64,000 nucleotides of DNA, taken from contig NC_068985.1 of NCBI RefSeq assembly GCF_001194135.2, positions 90,891,261 to 90,955,260 of the forward strand. The letters run 5' to 3'. The stretch is from Octopus bimaculoides. Taxonomy: Eukaryota. Under the pieces are notes generated by a model. It was not told where the DNA came from. It saw only the letters and a list, made by a program, of their open reading frames with translations, and did not search any database. Below, one piece after another: positions 53,300 to 64,000 of the stretch (its first letter is position 1; each line of letters opens with the position of its first letter). The position numbers were made by a program, and so were the translations under genes.

Positions 53300-53496
53300 N
53301 NNNNNNNNNNNNNNNNNNNNNNNNNNNNNNNNNNNNNNNNNNNNNNNNNNNNNNNNNNNNNNNNNATATACGTACGTACGTGCGCACACACACAGGTGTA
53401 TAATTTTTACTTGAATTGTAAATGAAACATCTATTGCAATAATGCTCTCTGCGACGGAGTATATATTTATGTTGAAATATACGTTAAGTGACAAAC

Positions 53497-53575
<79 letters not shown>

Positions 53576-53629
53576 GAGAGAGAGTCGTGTTGCATGCGTG
53601 TGCGTAATGCAACAACAGCTCAAGCACTG

Positions 53630-54725
53630 AAATATGGATGATATAACTCGACTTGCCAATGCCTTTGGTAAAGTTGGTCACGGTAGGATATGTCTCAAAC
53701 TGCGTGGCCCCGGCATCGCAGTTAACGTAGGAGAGTGGATGCATGCATTTCTAATAGGCAGAAAGGTAAGAGTTGCAGTCAACGGACGTCTTCCGAGAAG
53801 ACATGAATCTGTAGCAGACTGTCTCTTGGAACTATACAAGCATCACTACTGCTTGTGATGGCTCTCTCAGACTTGCTCTGAGGCACGCAATCAACCTCTC
53901 TCACCAGGCAACGTGAGGATACTAATGTGTCACTGTGCTCAAGGACCTTAATGACATGCCACAACCGCAAAAACAAAAACAACAACAGCACACAATATAA
54001 AAATAGGAGGAAAATACGATGCAGTTCAATGTGGAGGCAGGTTCAAGCACTTCGTTATCGACCCAAAAATAGCCTACAATTGGAATACACGGGACGAGGA
54101 GCTACCACAGCACCATAGTTAGAGTCGCTGCTTGACCTGTGAATCCACATGAGTATTGTTGTAACATTCCATGTGCATAAGACCAAGATGGCAACAATGT
54201 GTAAGCGACGAGCTGGTCTAGAAATCATTCAAACCAGGGAAAATGGACAGTAGGCTATTCGTATGTAGAACTTTACTGCTCAATCGTCTGTATTTCTGCT
54301 TCCAATTGTGTATGACGCAGAGCGTCAAACAGGTACCGGAGGTTGTATCAATCTAGTGTCACAACACAAAGAATATTGATCAATTGAAATAGGTGACCTA
54401 GTGGGATAGTTTAAAAAACCTTAAGCTAAATGTCCTAGACATAAGGCGTGAAAAATATGGAATGATCTATATATGGATGATCCTGGAATGACTTGCTCCC
54501 AACGTTGGAATTGAAAGTTATGCAAACCACCAAACTAGACAGCACTGCATAATACCAAAGATCCCATTTTCTCGATATCCCATAAGATGCTACTCTGACA
54601 GCTTAGTTTTCAGGGTCCACTAATAATCAATATTCTACCAAACAACCGTAAAAATTTGCAAGATGTAAATAATGTGAAGGTCTTCAAAGAGCATCTGGAC
54701 TTATTACTATGAGGAATACGAGAGC
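53630..54725 (+). pseudogene. CR1/L2-group LINE ORF2 (RT and C-terminus) relic
   Basis: LANAFGKVGHGRICLKLRGPGIAVNVGEWMHAFLIGRKVRVAVNG matches DFxKAFDKVxHxxLxxKLxxxGIxGxxxxWxxxFLxxRxQxVxVNG. Decayed PQG/YADD regions, QALRY and a CR1-like C-terminus follow (...LPNNRKNLQDVNNVKVFKEHLD). Confidence 0.85.
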
Positions 54726-55532
54726 AAATCACATTGTGGCAGGAAGCGGATAGAAGCAGTAAAATATAAACCCAAACACATAGAGAAGCAGTGCTGCAGC
54801 ATACATACATACATACATACATATATATATATATANNNNNNNNNNNNNNNNNNNNNNNNNNNNNNNNNNNNNNNNNNNNNNNNNNNNNNNNNNNNNNNNN
54901 NNNNNNNNNNNNNNNNNNNNNNNNNNNNNNNNNNNNNNNNNNNNNNNNNNNNNNNNNNNNNNNNNNNNNNNNNNNNNNNNNNNNNNNNNNNNNNNNNNNN
55001 NNNNNNNNNNNNNNNNNNNNNNNNNNNNNNNNNNNNNNNNNNNNNNNNNNNNNNNNNNNNNNNNNNNNNNNNNNNNNNNNNNNNNNNNNNNNNNNNNNNN
55101 NNNNNNNNNNNNNNNNNNNNNNNNNNNNNNNNNNNNNNNNNNNNNNNNNNNNNNNNNNNNNNNNNNNNNNNNNNNNNNNNNNNNNNNNNNNNNNNNNNNN
55201 NNNNNNNNNNNNNNNNNNNNNNNNNNNNNNNNNNNNNNNNNNNNNNNNNNNNNNNNNNNNNNNNNNNNNNNNNNNNNNNNNNNNNNNNNNNNNNNNNNNN
55301 NNNNNNNNNNNNNNNNNNNNNNNNNNNNNNNNNNNNNNNNNNNNNNNNNNNNNNNNNNNNNNNNNNNNNNNNNNNNNNNNNNNNNNNNNNNNNNNNNNNN
55401 NNNNNNNNNNNNNNNNNNNNNNNNNNNNNNNNNNNNNNNNNNNNNNNNNNNNNNNNNNNNNNNNNNNNNNNNNNNNNNNNNNNNNNNNNNNNNNNNNNNN
55501 NNNNNNNNNNNNNNNNNNNNNNNNNNNNNNNN

Positions 55533-55567
<35 letters not shown>

Positions 55568-56789
55568 TGACAGGGCAAGAGAAAGAGAGAGAGTAAACTT
55601 GGAAGATAGCTACGTAGATCGATAGAATGAAATATGTTGGGGCAACATTTGTCTTCTAGTATCACCATAAAATTACCCTTCAGAAATTATTTTTTTTACT
55701 TTATTCAACGAATTGTTTCTCTTTTTCGTCTACAATTATCCACGATTCCCCGCCCCCACAAAGAAAAACATTAGGCAAGCTTTTTTTAAATTTGATACGA
55801 TTGTAAGAGCTCTAACACTTACCTACGTATACCTAGTGACCAAAACCATGAAATACCTTCTACATTTTGATCCTATATCTGTTATCTTTCTTTATTTCCT
55901 GTTCTTTCTGCTTTTACACCTGATATTTTTTCTCCTTTATGTTCTTTCTGTCTTATATTTTCTTCTTCCACTACTATTACTACTGCGACTACTACTACTT
56001 TGCACTCTGCATTCTGTTCCTTACGTTCTTTATTTTCATTCTCATTCTTTTTTTCTAATTTTCGTCTTATCTCTGATCGCATTCCTTATTTTCATCCCAA
56101 CAAAATATTCTAGCTCAAATTGCAAAACAATATAAGCCCCTATTCAATTTCAGTTTAATTCGTATCCCACTACTTGTATTGACATCAACCACTTCGTGTT
56201 TATTATACTTCCCCTTCGTGACCGATCCAAACATATAAACAGTGACTACAACGAAGATAAAAACAAAGAGGATGTGAGTGAATGCTGGCAAAACTTTGAT
56301 GTCAATGTTAAATTTTCCCTTTAAAAATAAACATCACATCTTTATTTTGTTTGTTTGTTCTGCAGTCGATATTTGATTGCCTTCATATAAGATTGTATAG
56401 GAATGGCACGCATACATAATCTACTTTGTAGTCAGCGATCGAAGTATTTCTTTGCAAATCTCTCATTCTACTTACTACTTTTATTTCTTACATTGTTTTA
56501 TGTCTCCCCAGTTTGGCCTGCTTCGCTAATTAAAGTGACCTTTCTTAGACCTTTCTTATAGGACTAACATCACGCAAACACTATTAGGTGCACGTGACCT
56601 TGTTTTCCAGTTTCTGTGTTTAACATCCTCTACTGAATCTTTGACCGTCATGTGATTCAATGTTTTACTTTATTTTTTGGTTTATATGCTTGTTGTCTTG
56701 TTAGATTTCTTCTCTTGCATCGAATTTTCTTCTACTCAGATCATGTTATATTAGTCATGCTTTATAAAAGGGTTGTTGTATATAAACGT

Positions 56790-56980
56790 CTGGGAGGACC
56801 GTTGGCACGCCGGACTAAATGCTGGGCGGCATTTCTGTCGTCTCTACGTTATGAGTTCGAATTTTGCTGAGGTAGAATTTGCTTTGCATATCTTCGGGGT
56901 CAGTAAAAAAAGACCGATTCATAACTGGGATCGATGCAATTGACTAGCTCCGTTCCCCGAAATCGTTTGTGCCCTAAGTA
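56790..56980 (+). mobile_element. SINE family B, degraded copy
   Basis: CGTTGGCACGCCGGACTAAATGC...GAGTTCGAATTTTGCTGAGGTAGAATTTGCTTTGCATATCTTCGGGGTC. Confidence 0.7.
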
Positions 56981-57774
56981 AAGCAAAGAGGATTAAGGAT
57001 TCAATTTGTCCCAATGAAATATCCCGATGTGAGATAGTTAACTAGAGAGAAATAATAGAGTTCAATATAAAGAGGTATTTTAGAAAATGATGGACACATG
57101 AAGTATAAAGGGAAATAAGAGAATAAAATACAAATAAAAATATACGTAAAATGTTAAAGTTGCAGTTCGATTACCCAAGTAAGGTGCTACGTAGAATGGG
57201 TGGAAATGATTCTTGTCAATGGTGTGTATCTTCTGAAAGGAGTTCATATTTTGTTATTACAAAATGTGAGTGTGGAGACATAAATTTCATGTGCTACTCA
57301 TTCAATGGGATCTTCGATTGTGAGTGTTTCTTATTAACCAATTCTGGTTACGGGTAAGTAGATAGAGAGCAGAAAATATATATGTATAATAGGAAGAGAA
57401 TGGTATTTGTTAAAAGGAATACCGGAGGAATGAAGAAAGAAAGAAATGAAGAAGGAAAGAGGAAGAAAATGAAAAAAAAAGGAGTGGTAGAGTAGTGGTA
57501 GAGGGGGATGGGAGAGGAGAGTTACCAAGATCAAAGGAATAGGGGAAGGGATAGAAGGAAGAGATAAGAATGTAAGGAAGGAATACGTGTGAAAATTGGG
57601 AAGTAGGCTGATATGATTGAAAGGCCCTAATGTGGAGAAATAGGTAAAGAAAATGGTACGACGAGGCGTACTAAAGTGAATAGTAAACCTCGAAAAGGAT
57701 GGGAAGATATAATGGTCAGTTTTTAAAAATGGACGTAGGTAAATTATTCATATATATATTTTCATATGCCTACA

Positions 57775-57843
<69 letters not shown>

Positions 57844-59878
57844 TTCTATCTACCAAAATACAGACGCATATATGCGAGCATTTGCACTGCACACATACAC
57901 AGACGTGAAATATATAAAAGAAAAGTGCTATGTATTTTAACTCACACACCACACGCACACACTATATCCACACGTACATATATAGACACATAGATTGATG
58001 CACTCTTGATGTGTTGAAGAATATAAAGAAATCATTTAGAGTATTCGTTTCTATTCTCTTTACCTGCTCATCAGCTGATAAACGTCCATACATTATTATG
58101 AGACAAAAATTAACCTAGTGCCCTGGTGAATATCAGGCAATATATAATTTTTTCGTAATTTAGACGCGCCGTGAAAATTACAATTTAAAAAATTCATTTA
58201 CGTGTTTCATTAATGTAGCAACATAATTTCCCATTGTGCTAGCGTTTCAAATTATTACTGACGCCATTATACCAACTGCAGAAAATTTTGATTGCTTTAT
58301 GCTATTATTATTTTATATTTTCCTATTCTCTTTTATATTGCTTATTGTTCTTCTGAACATAGCCATAACCATATACTTAAAAAAAAACATTTAAATATTT
58401 AACTAAGTTATAAGCAGTTATCAAAGATTAAGAATGTAATGATCCAATAGCTTATTCAGAAAAAAAAAATTAGAAATCAAATTGGAAAATATTGCAAAAT
58501 TTTCAGCAAGCTACTAGAATTGTAATCGTGGCATCTTAGAATATTTTTATGTAAAACTGGTAAGACTGTAGAAAATGTAATATATTAATGTATATTAATG
58601 TATATATATGTTTTAATAACAGTAATCATTAGTATAGACGACTAAATACCAGGTATCGAAGAAGAAATATTAAGATTCATAATATTAATATTTAATTAAA
58701 TCTTGGATGTGAAGAAAATGCGACGCCCAAGTGTCATGTATGTAGATTTCATTTTCTCGTTTATAGGCTCCGATTTTTTTCACGACTTTCCACCTCATAA
58801 CAAAAATCAATGAACAAGACAAAAAAAAATGCTGACGTTAAATTCTCAGCTAAATGAAATGAAATTTATTGTAAAGAAATTCAAATTATTCCTAATTTCA
58901 CCACTTCAGGAAAAGGTAATAATATGAAATTCCGAAATAGAGATGTGAAAACGGTTGCAATTTCATTTTGTTCAGTCAAATATTTTTCCTATATAAACGA
59001 TTCATATGATTTCAAAATGGATATACATAACAAGATGTCCATGCACAAATACATTGATTTTGTCATGTTGTTAATATATTCCTATTCATAGATATGGATT
59101 GAATTCTTACTGAAACGAAAATTATTATATTATTATACCACTATATTTGTTAAAAGTATATCTGTTTGACAGTTTATGAATGTGAAGTTATTAAATCATT
59201 GATAATTATATAGCATTTATAACAATTTATATTCATTGATCCAAAGAATATTGCTTCAAATAAAAAAAAAAGTAACTAAATGTCAAAACATATAATAAAA
59301 AGTATTCAGAAGTTCAGGTATAAATAGAATCCTTCAATTTATTTGCGAATGTTATGCATACTGATAGCATACATAACAGAGTAATAAAATTCATATACAT
59401 GGGTAATTATTTGTTCATATATAGGCATACACACACACACACACACACACACACATAACCAGAGACACACAAGCGAAAGAACAATCATGCCTTTACACTT
59501 ACACACATATCCACACACCTACTTAAATGACTTCCGCACTAATACCTATAAATCTCTATTGAATCTCCCTGTTTCAGGCTGAAATGAATTTGGAGAGAAT
59601 CCACAGGATTTGTTTCGCGATAGATTGTGTGTATTACAATATGTATATATATATGTGTTTTATTATTGTGTGATCGAATTGCGCACGCGTGTGTCTGTGT
59701 GTGTATAACAGTAGCGTTTGTTATCTTTGTATATTTGGGTTGAAACCTATTTGAACGTAAACGTATGTATATATTATATAAATGCATATATACAGTTACA
59801 CAAACACACACACATACACACACTTTATAAGGATGGTCTGTTCGCACTTTTATAACCGAAAGGCAGAAATACATGTCT

Positions 59879-60354
59879 CTAAAGTGACTGAAGTCACTAG
59901 AAATAAGAGTTAAACAGATGATAGCCACACGAAGCACTTATCTTAATGACTGTAAGGGGAGGCACGTTCCCTCTGCGCCTAGGTATAGCCAGATCACAGG
60001 GATTTCGGGTTTATATTAATACTCGTCAGTGGTAATCTCCTTTCGCCTTGGGTTAAACTCAACTCACCATGTCAGTTTATAAGATTATCGTAAAAACCAT
60101 ACGCTGTATTTCTAAACAGCAACAGTGAAACGCATAAATATTAAAGGCAGTTGAGTTTCACTCATGGTGGTAGGTGAGGGCCACTGAGGAGTATTAATAG
60201 AAATGCAAATCACTGTGATCTGGCTATGTCCAGGCGCTGAAGAAGTTTGCTTCTCTTGTCAGTCATTAAGATAAGGTGTATTTTGTGGCTATGTATTGTT
60301 TTAACTACTATTTCTAGCAACACTGGTGCTCACTAGTTCTCTCAGTCACTTTAG
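59879..60354. mobile_element. MITE-like foldback element with ~190-bp imperfect inverted arms
   Basis: CTAAAGTGACTGA.../...TCAGTCACTTTAG; internal arm matches TTATCTTAATGACTG, ATAGCCAGATCACAG, TATTAATACTC and AAACTCAACT; short central spacer; no ORF. Confidence 0.8.
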
Positions 60355-60669
60355 TGAGGTAAATATATATATAATTATATATATATATGTGTATTTTTAT
60401 ACGTACATATATAATGTGTATGGGACTTTTATAATAGTGAGTATGTTTCTGCATTTGTAATTTCTTTTTACCATCATCAGATCTCCTCAAGAAAAAGCAT
60501 TTTGGCTTGAAAACTAGTCAGAATCAATAATTATATGCTTTCAAACTGTTGTGGGGGGTGGGGGAAGGAAGACGTCTACAATAAGATCCGAATATATTTT
60601 GTGGACAATGGGTCATATCTTATACAGTTCAGCAGATTCTCGTGTTTCTGAACAGGTTCACCGTAATAG

Positions 60670-62186
60670 TTGATGAAACTAGCAGAGAGGACGTTTGTTG
60701 AAAATATCCTAATGTGAAAATCTCCAGCGCCATCTATTAGCTTGTCAAAATGTTATACTAACGTAATACAAAACGCGTCATACTTTACAAATTTCATTAG
60801 AGTGTAAAAAGAACACGACTTTTAGGCTATATCGAAAAACATTCTGTGGATTAGTTACATCGTATAGACATGTCCTATGCGCCTGAATTAGCCGTACCAT
60901 GCGTGCTTTAAAATATGGATTCGATGTGCAAAATTCTCGTTATTGGTTTGAAGTAGATGAAACTTAATGAGATTTGGGAAGCGCGTGTGTTGTTATTTGC
61001 TGAATGTAAGATATCTAGATCATAAAGAATAAGCAGACAAAGAGAGTGGAGTAAATGAGGTCGGGGAATCTAAAGTTGTTTATTAATCTAATTTGTTTTA
61101 TTCAAAATATGCTTGTTTATTTTTTCGATCGCTAAACGACCTTGACACCCGTGTAATTATTGCCCGTCAGCAGACAATTTCAACTCCTTTGGAGTTTATT
61201 TGATTAGTTCTCTTACCATGAAGATATCAACATGTTATATTTGTACATGCATAATAATATCTCATCATATGTATTGTATATTTGGTGGAAATGAGTTACG
61301 TTTTTGAAAATATTAAATGCGTAGAGGAGTGTATTTCTGTACATACGCATTAGATATTTACACATTAATGTACTTAAAAGGTGGCCTGGAGGGAAATATC
61401 CAAAATAGAAGGAAACATTATTATATAATATTATATAATTTCGTAGATCCTGAATGATATGAAACGTCTCAATGCAGAAATGTATCGTCTCAACCAAGAG
61501 TTACTCCCTAATATCAGATTCCCGCGCCATATAATTGGAGCTCCTTCAGAGGAACCCCGTTTTGGCTGCTCCTATTCGCGATCGCACTTACGATCATTGC
61601 CCATCTTTCATGGTAGTAACAGAAACTGAATTATGAATGGCGGTTTTCGCTTTTTATCAACAGATTATCCACTGAGGCTAAGGTGTTACTGTGCCATTAC
61701 CTTAGTTAATAAGTCACTGCTCCGGTACTTCAGACATGTGAATAGGATGTCACAGAAAAGTTTCACAGGACGGATTCTTCAAAGTCACTCAATGAGCAGG
61801 AAACTTAGAGGTGAACAAATGACTAAATAGTTAGATAATATTTATAGTCTCAGTTAAGCAGGCTTGGGGACCAGCCGGGAGTCTAATCATGGTTGTTTGG
61901 TTTTTAAATAATCTCATCTTGCAATATTGCACATCGAATCCATATTTTAAACACTTATGGTAAGGCTAATTCAGGCACATAGGACATGTCTATACGCTGT
62001 AACTAATCCATCAAATGTTTTCGATATAGGCTAAAAGTTGTGTTCTCTTTATACTTTAATTATTTTTTAAAAATACGACACGTTTTGTATTACGTTAATA
62101 TAACTCTTTGACAAGGTAATAGATGGCGCTGGGGAATCTCACTTTAGAATACATTCAACACACTCCCTCTCTGCTGGTTTCATCAA
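60670..62186. mobile_element. ~1.5-kb non-autonomous element with ~265-bp inverted arms
   Basis: 60670-60935 is the reverse complement of ~61923-62186 with scattered mismatches (e.g. CCAGCGCCATCTATTA, CGTATAGACATGTCCTATG, AAAATATGGATTCGATGTGCA). Confidence 0.85.
61700..61880 (+). pseudogene. RTE-type LINE 3' fragment nested in the inverted-repeat element
   Basis: KSLLRYFRHVNRMSQKSFTGRILQSHSMSRKLRGEQMTK*LDNI matches RTE LRWFGHVxRM...RPRGRPxxRWxDxI. Confidence 0.6.
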
Positions 62187-63289
62187 TCGGACGATATAGC
62201 ATATTAATTATCAAAATTGTATGCTTTGAGAAAATTGAAGTTTGTATAGCATTCGTTAGAATTGGGTGACGAAATATTTAGGAGGCTTGACGCTATTACT
62301 GGAGCTCATTTGATAGACAAATGTCTTCCATATGGTCCGGTATTTTGGCCGAAGTAAAATGGATGAAAAATATACATTGTTTCAAAAATTTTAACGACTC
62401 TTTTGAAAAATATTTACTTTATAAAACTCAAGCATATATTTTCATGCTGATCTGACCAACAATTTAATTATCTAATATATATCGTAGCTCATAAACGTTG
62501 CATTGTACCGAATCAATTGGTCGTATTTACAAACTGAAACGTAATTATGCATGATTATTTTTAAAGAGCAGCAATTTTTAAGGAGTCGTTATAAATGAAA
62601 GAACTAAATTGGACCAATTGCGTGTATGAAGAAAATCGTATAAGAATATATGTACCGAATGAAATATGCAAATAAAAATGTAAATGAATAGAAATATTCT
62701 ATTGGGGTAGAACTCTTTAAATATAGCTAAAATAACCTCAGGGGAGTGAGTTTGAATTGAGAGATGTATATGGAGAAGCTAAATTACGCATGCGCAAAAG
62801 CTAAAACAAAATTAATAAATTGAAATTTTTGACTTCGATAAAACTTCATTTAGTTGAGATAAGAGAACTCTATAAGTAAATTAAGAGTATTATTTAAAAT
62901 ATTATTTACTGAATGCCCTTAAATGTCAATACTGTCAAGTTCGTTTCACCAATCTTTCATCTTTTCCACTTCATAATCTCTTACGATTGCTTCTTTCATC
63001 TTCCTGTGTTTGAATTTGCTTGCATATAATATCTGAAAATGCTTTTAATTTTTCAAAAGAATAAATTGCATGTGATTACGATAACACAAATATTCACTCT
63101 TGATTCCTGATTACGAGTAAGATTTCCGAGTTTTCAGAGCAATGCTGATAAATCTTATCTTATTCTAAGAATATGAGTTCAATTTATATATACATATTTA
63201 GAAAGGAAATTGAACCAATGTCATACCGTATACAATTTTATAAAAAGTGTAAGGAAATGTATATAGGTTTGGGTAGAGAAGTATTTATA

Positions 63290-63506
63290 TTCTTTTTCTA
63301 CTTTAAGCACAAAACCCGAAATTTTTGGAGAGGGGTGCAGTCGATTAGATCGACCCCAGTACGCAACTGGCACTCAATTTATCAACCCCGAAAGAACGAA
63401 AGGAAGACTTGACCTCGGCAGAATTTGAACTCGTAACGCAACGGTAGACGAAATACTGCTAAGCATTTCGACCGGCGTGCTAACGTTTCTGCCAGCTCAA
63501 CGCCTT
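63290..63506 (-). mobile_element. SINE family B, full length, with imperfect TSD
   Basis: Colinear with 22531-22746; TAGAGAAGTATT (63274-63285) / TAGTGAAGTATT (63506-63517). Confidence 0.9.
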
Positions 63507-63519
63507 AGTGAAGTATTAA

Positions 63520-63660
63520 TTTTCATTTCTTTATTGTCCATATGGGACTGAACATAGAGGGGACAAACAAGGACAGTCAGACGGATTAAATCGATAACAT
63601 CGAACCCAGTGAGTAACTGCTACCTATTAAATCGACCCGAAAGGATGAAAGGTAAAGTGA
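63520..63660 (-). mobile_element. 3' half of a family-B-related SINE with a different tail
   Basis: Shares CGACCCGAAAGGATGAAAGG with family B, but its tail is TTCTTTATTGTCC...AGAGGGGACAAACAAGGACAG. Confidence 0.7.
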
Positions 63661-63888
63661 AGAAGACTATGGGAAAGAGGTACGAAAGCCTCGTCATTTT
63701 AAAAGGTTAACAGGGTTGAAACCTCAGTTTGGTTATTCTAAAAAGAATATTGTTTTCGGGAATACAGGCCGTCGGCGGGCGCCGTTCGTTTCCCTCATTC
63801 ATATTTTTATATTCATTTCATCCCATTAATGTAATTGTCCAGCCCGCAGTTATTCTATATCATGACCCTGTGGCAAATTGTATGAAAT

Positions 63889-64000
63889 AAAGTAGCTTAC
63901 TTACCAAGCCACATGGTTCCGGGTTCAGTCCCAATGCTTGGCACCTTCGGCAAGTGTTTCTACTATTGTCTCGGGCCGACCAAAGACTTGTGAGTGGATT
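63889..64000 (+). mobile_element. SINE family C, 5' part, truncated by window end
   Basis: GTAGCTTACTTACCAAGCCACATGGTTCCGGGTTCAGTCCC...CACCTTCGGCAAGTG...CTTGTGAGTGGATT. Confidence 0.85.

Noticed and set aside
57130-57720. 68-aa Cys-rich ORF with a GTAAGT donor, or an old PLE 3' end on the minus strand
   Set aside because: No acceptor or recognisable motif; similarity to the pLTR is limited to about 11 bp.
59879-62147. Shared CTAAAGTGA terminus between the MITE and the 1.5-kb element
   Set aside because: The larger element's arms extend ~40 bp beyond this motif, so it is not its terminus.

Overview
AT-rich, microsatellite-dense animal DNA from a draft assembly with 17 N-gaps. The SINE families and simple-repeat load suggest a coleoid cephalopod, probably Octopus; this is inference, with no database check. 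No complete protein-coding gene is visible, and nearly all long ORFs in the track are microsatellite or N-run artefacts. The window reads as intronic or intergenic DNA with one good candidate host exon (37355-37465, minus) and a few weaker ones. Repeats include three tRNA-headed SINE families (about 17 copies or fragments), relics of Tc1/mariner, CR1-like and RTE-like LINEs and probably Ty3/gypsy, two long inverted-repeat elements, and a Penelope-like element (PLE) GIY-YIG endonuclease fragment with downstream pLTR-like repeats. The most interesting signal is a fourth tRNA-headed (Pol III type) short element (30551-30816 minus; 46018-46217 plus). Its body holds a minimal type I hammerhead-ribozyme motif (stem I, CUGAUGA, stem II, GAA-ACGU-H) whose helix III is just the palindrome ACGU, so it could only fold as a dimer. 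One copy carries an inverted, 5'-truncated partner abutting its 5' end, as PLE insertions do. The same hammerhead-like architecture recurs in PLE pLTR-like sequences at three other loci. Together this suggests a PLE-mobilised, ribozyme-bearing SINE/retrozyme system. Ribozyme activity and novelty are untested.
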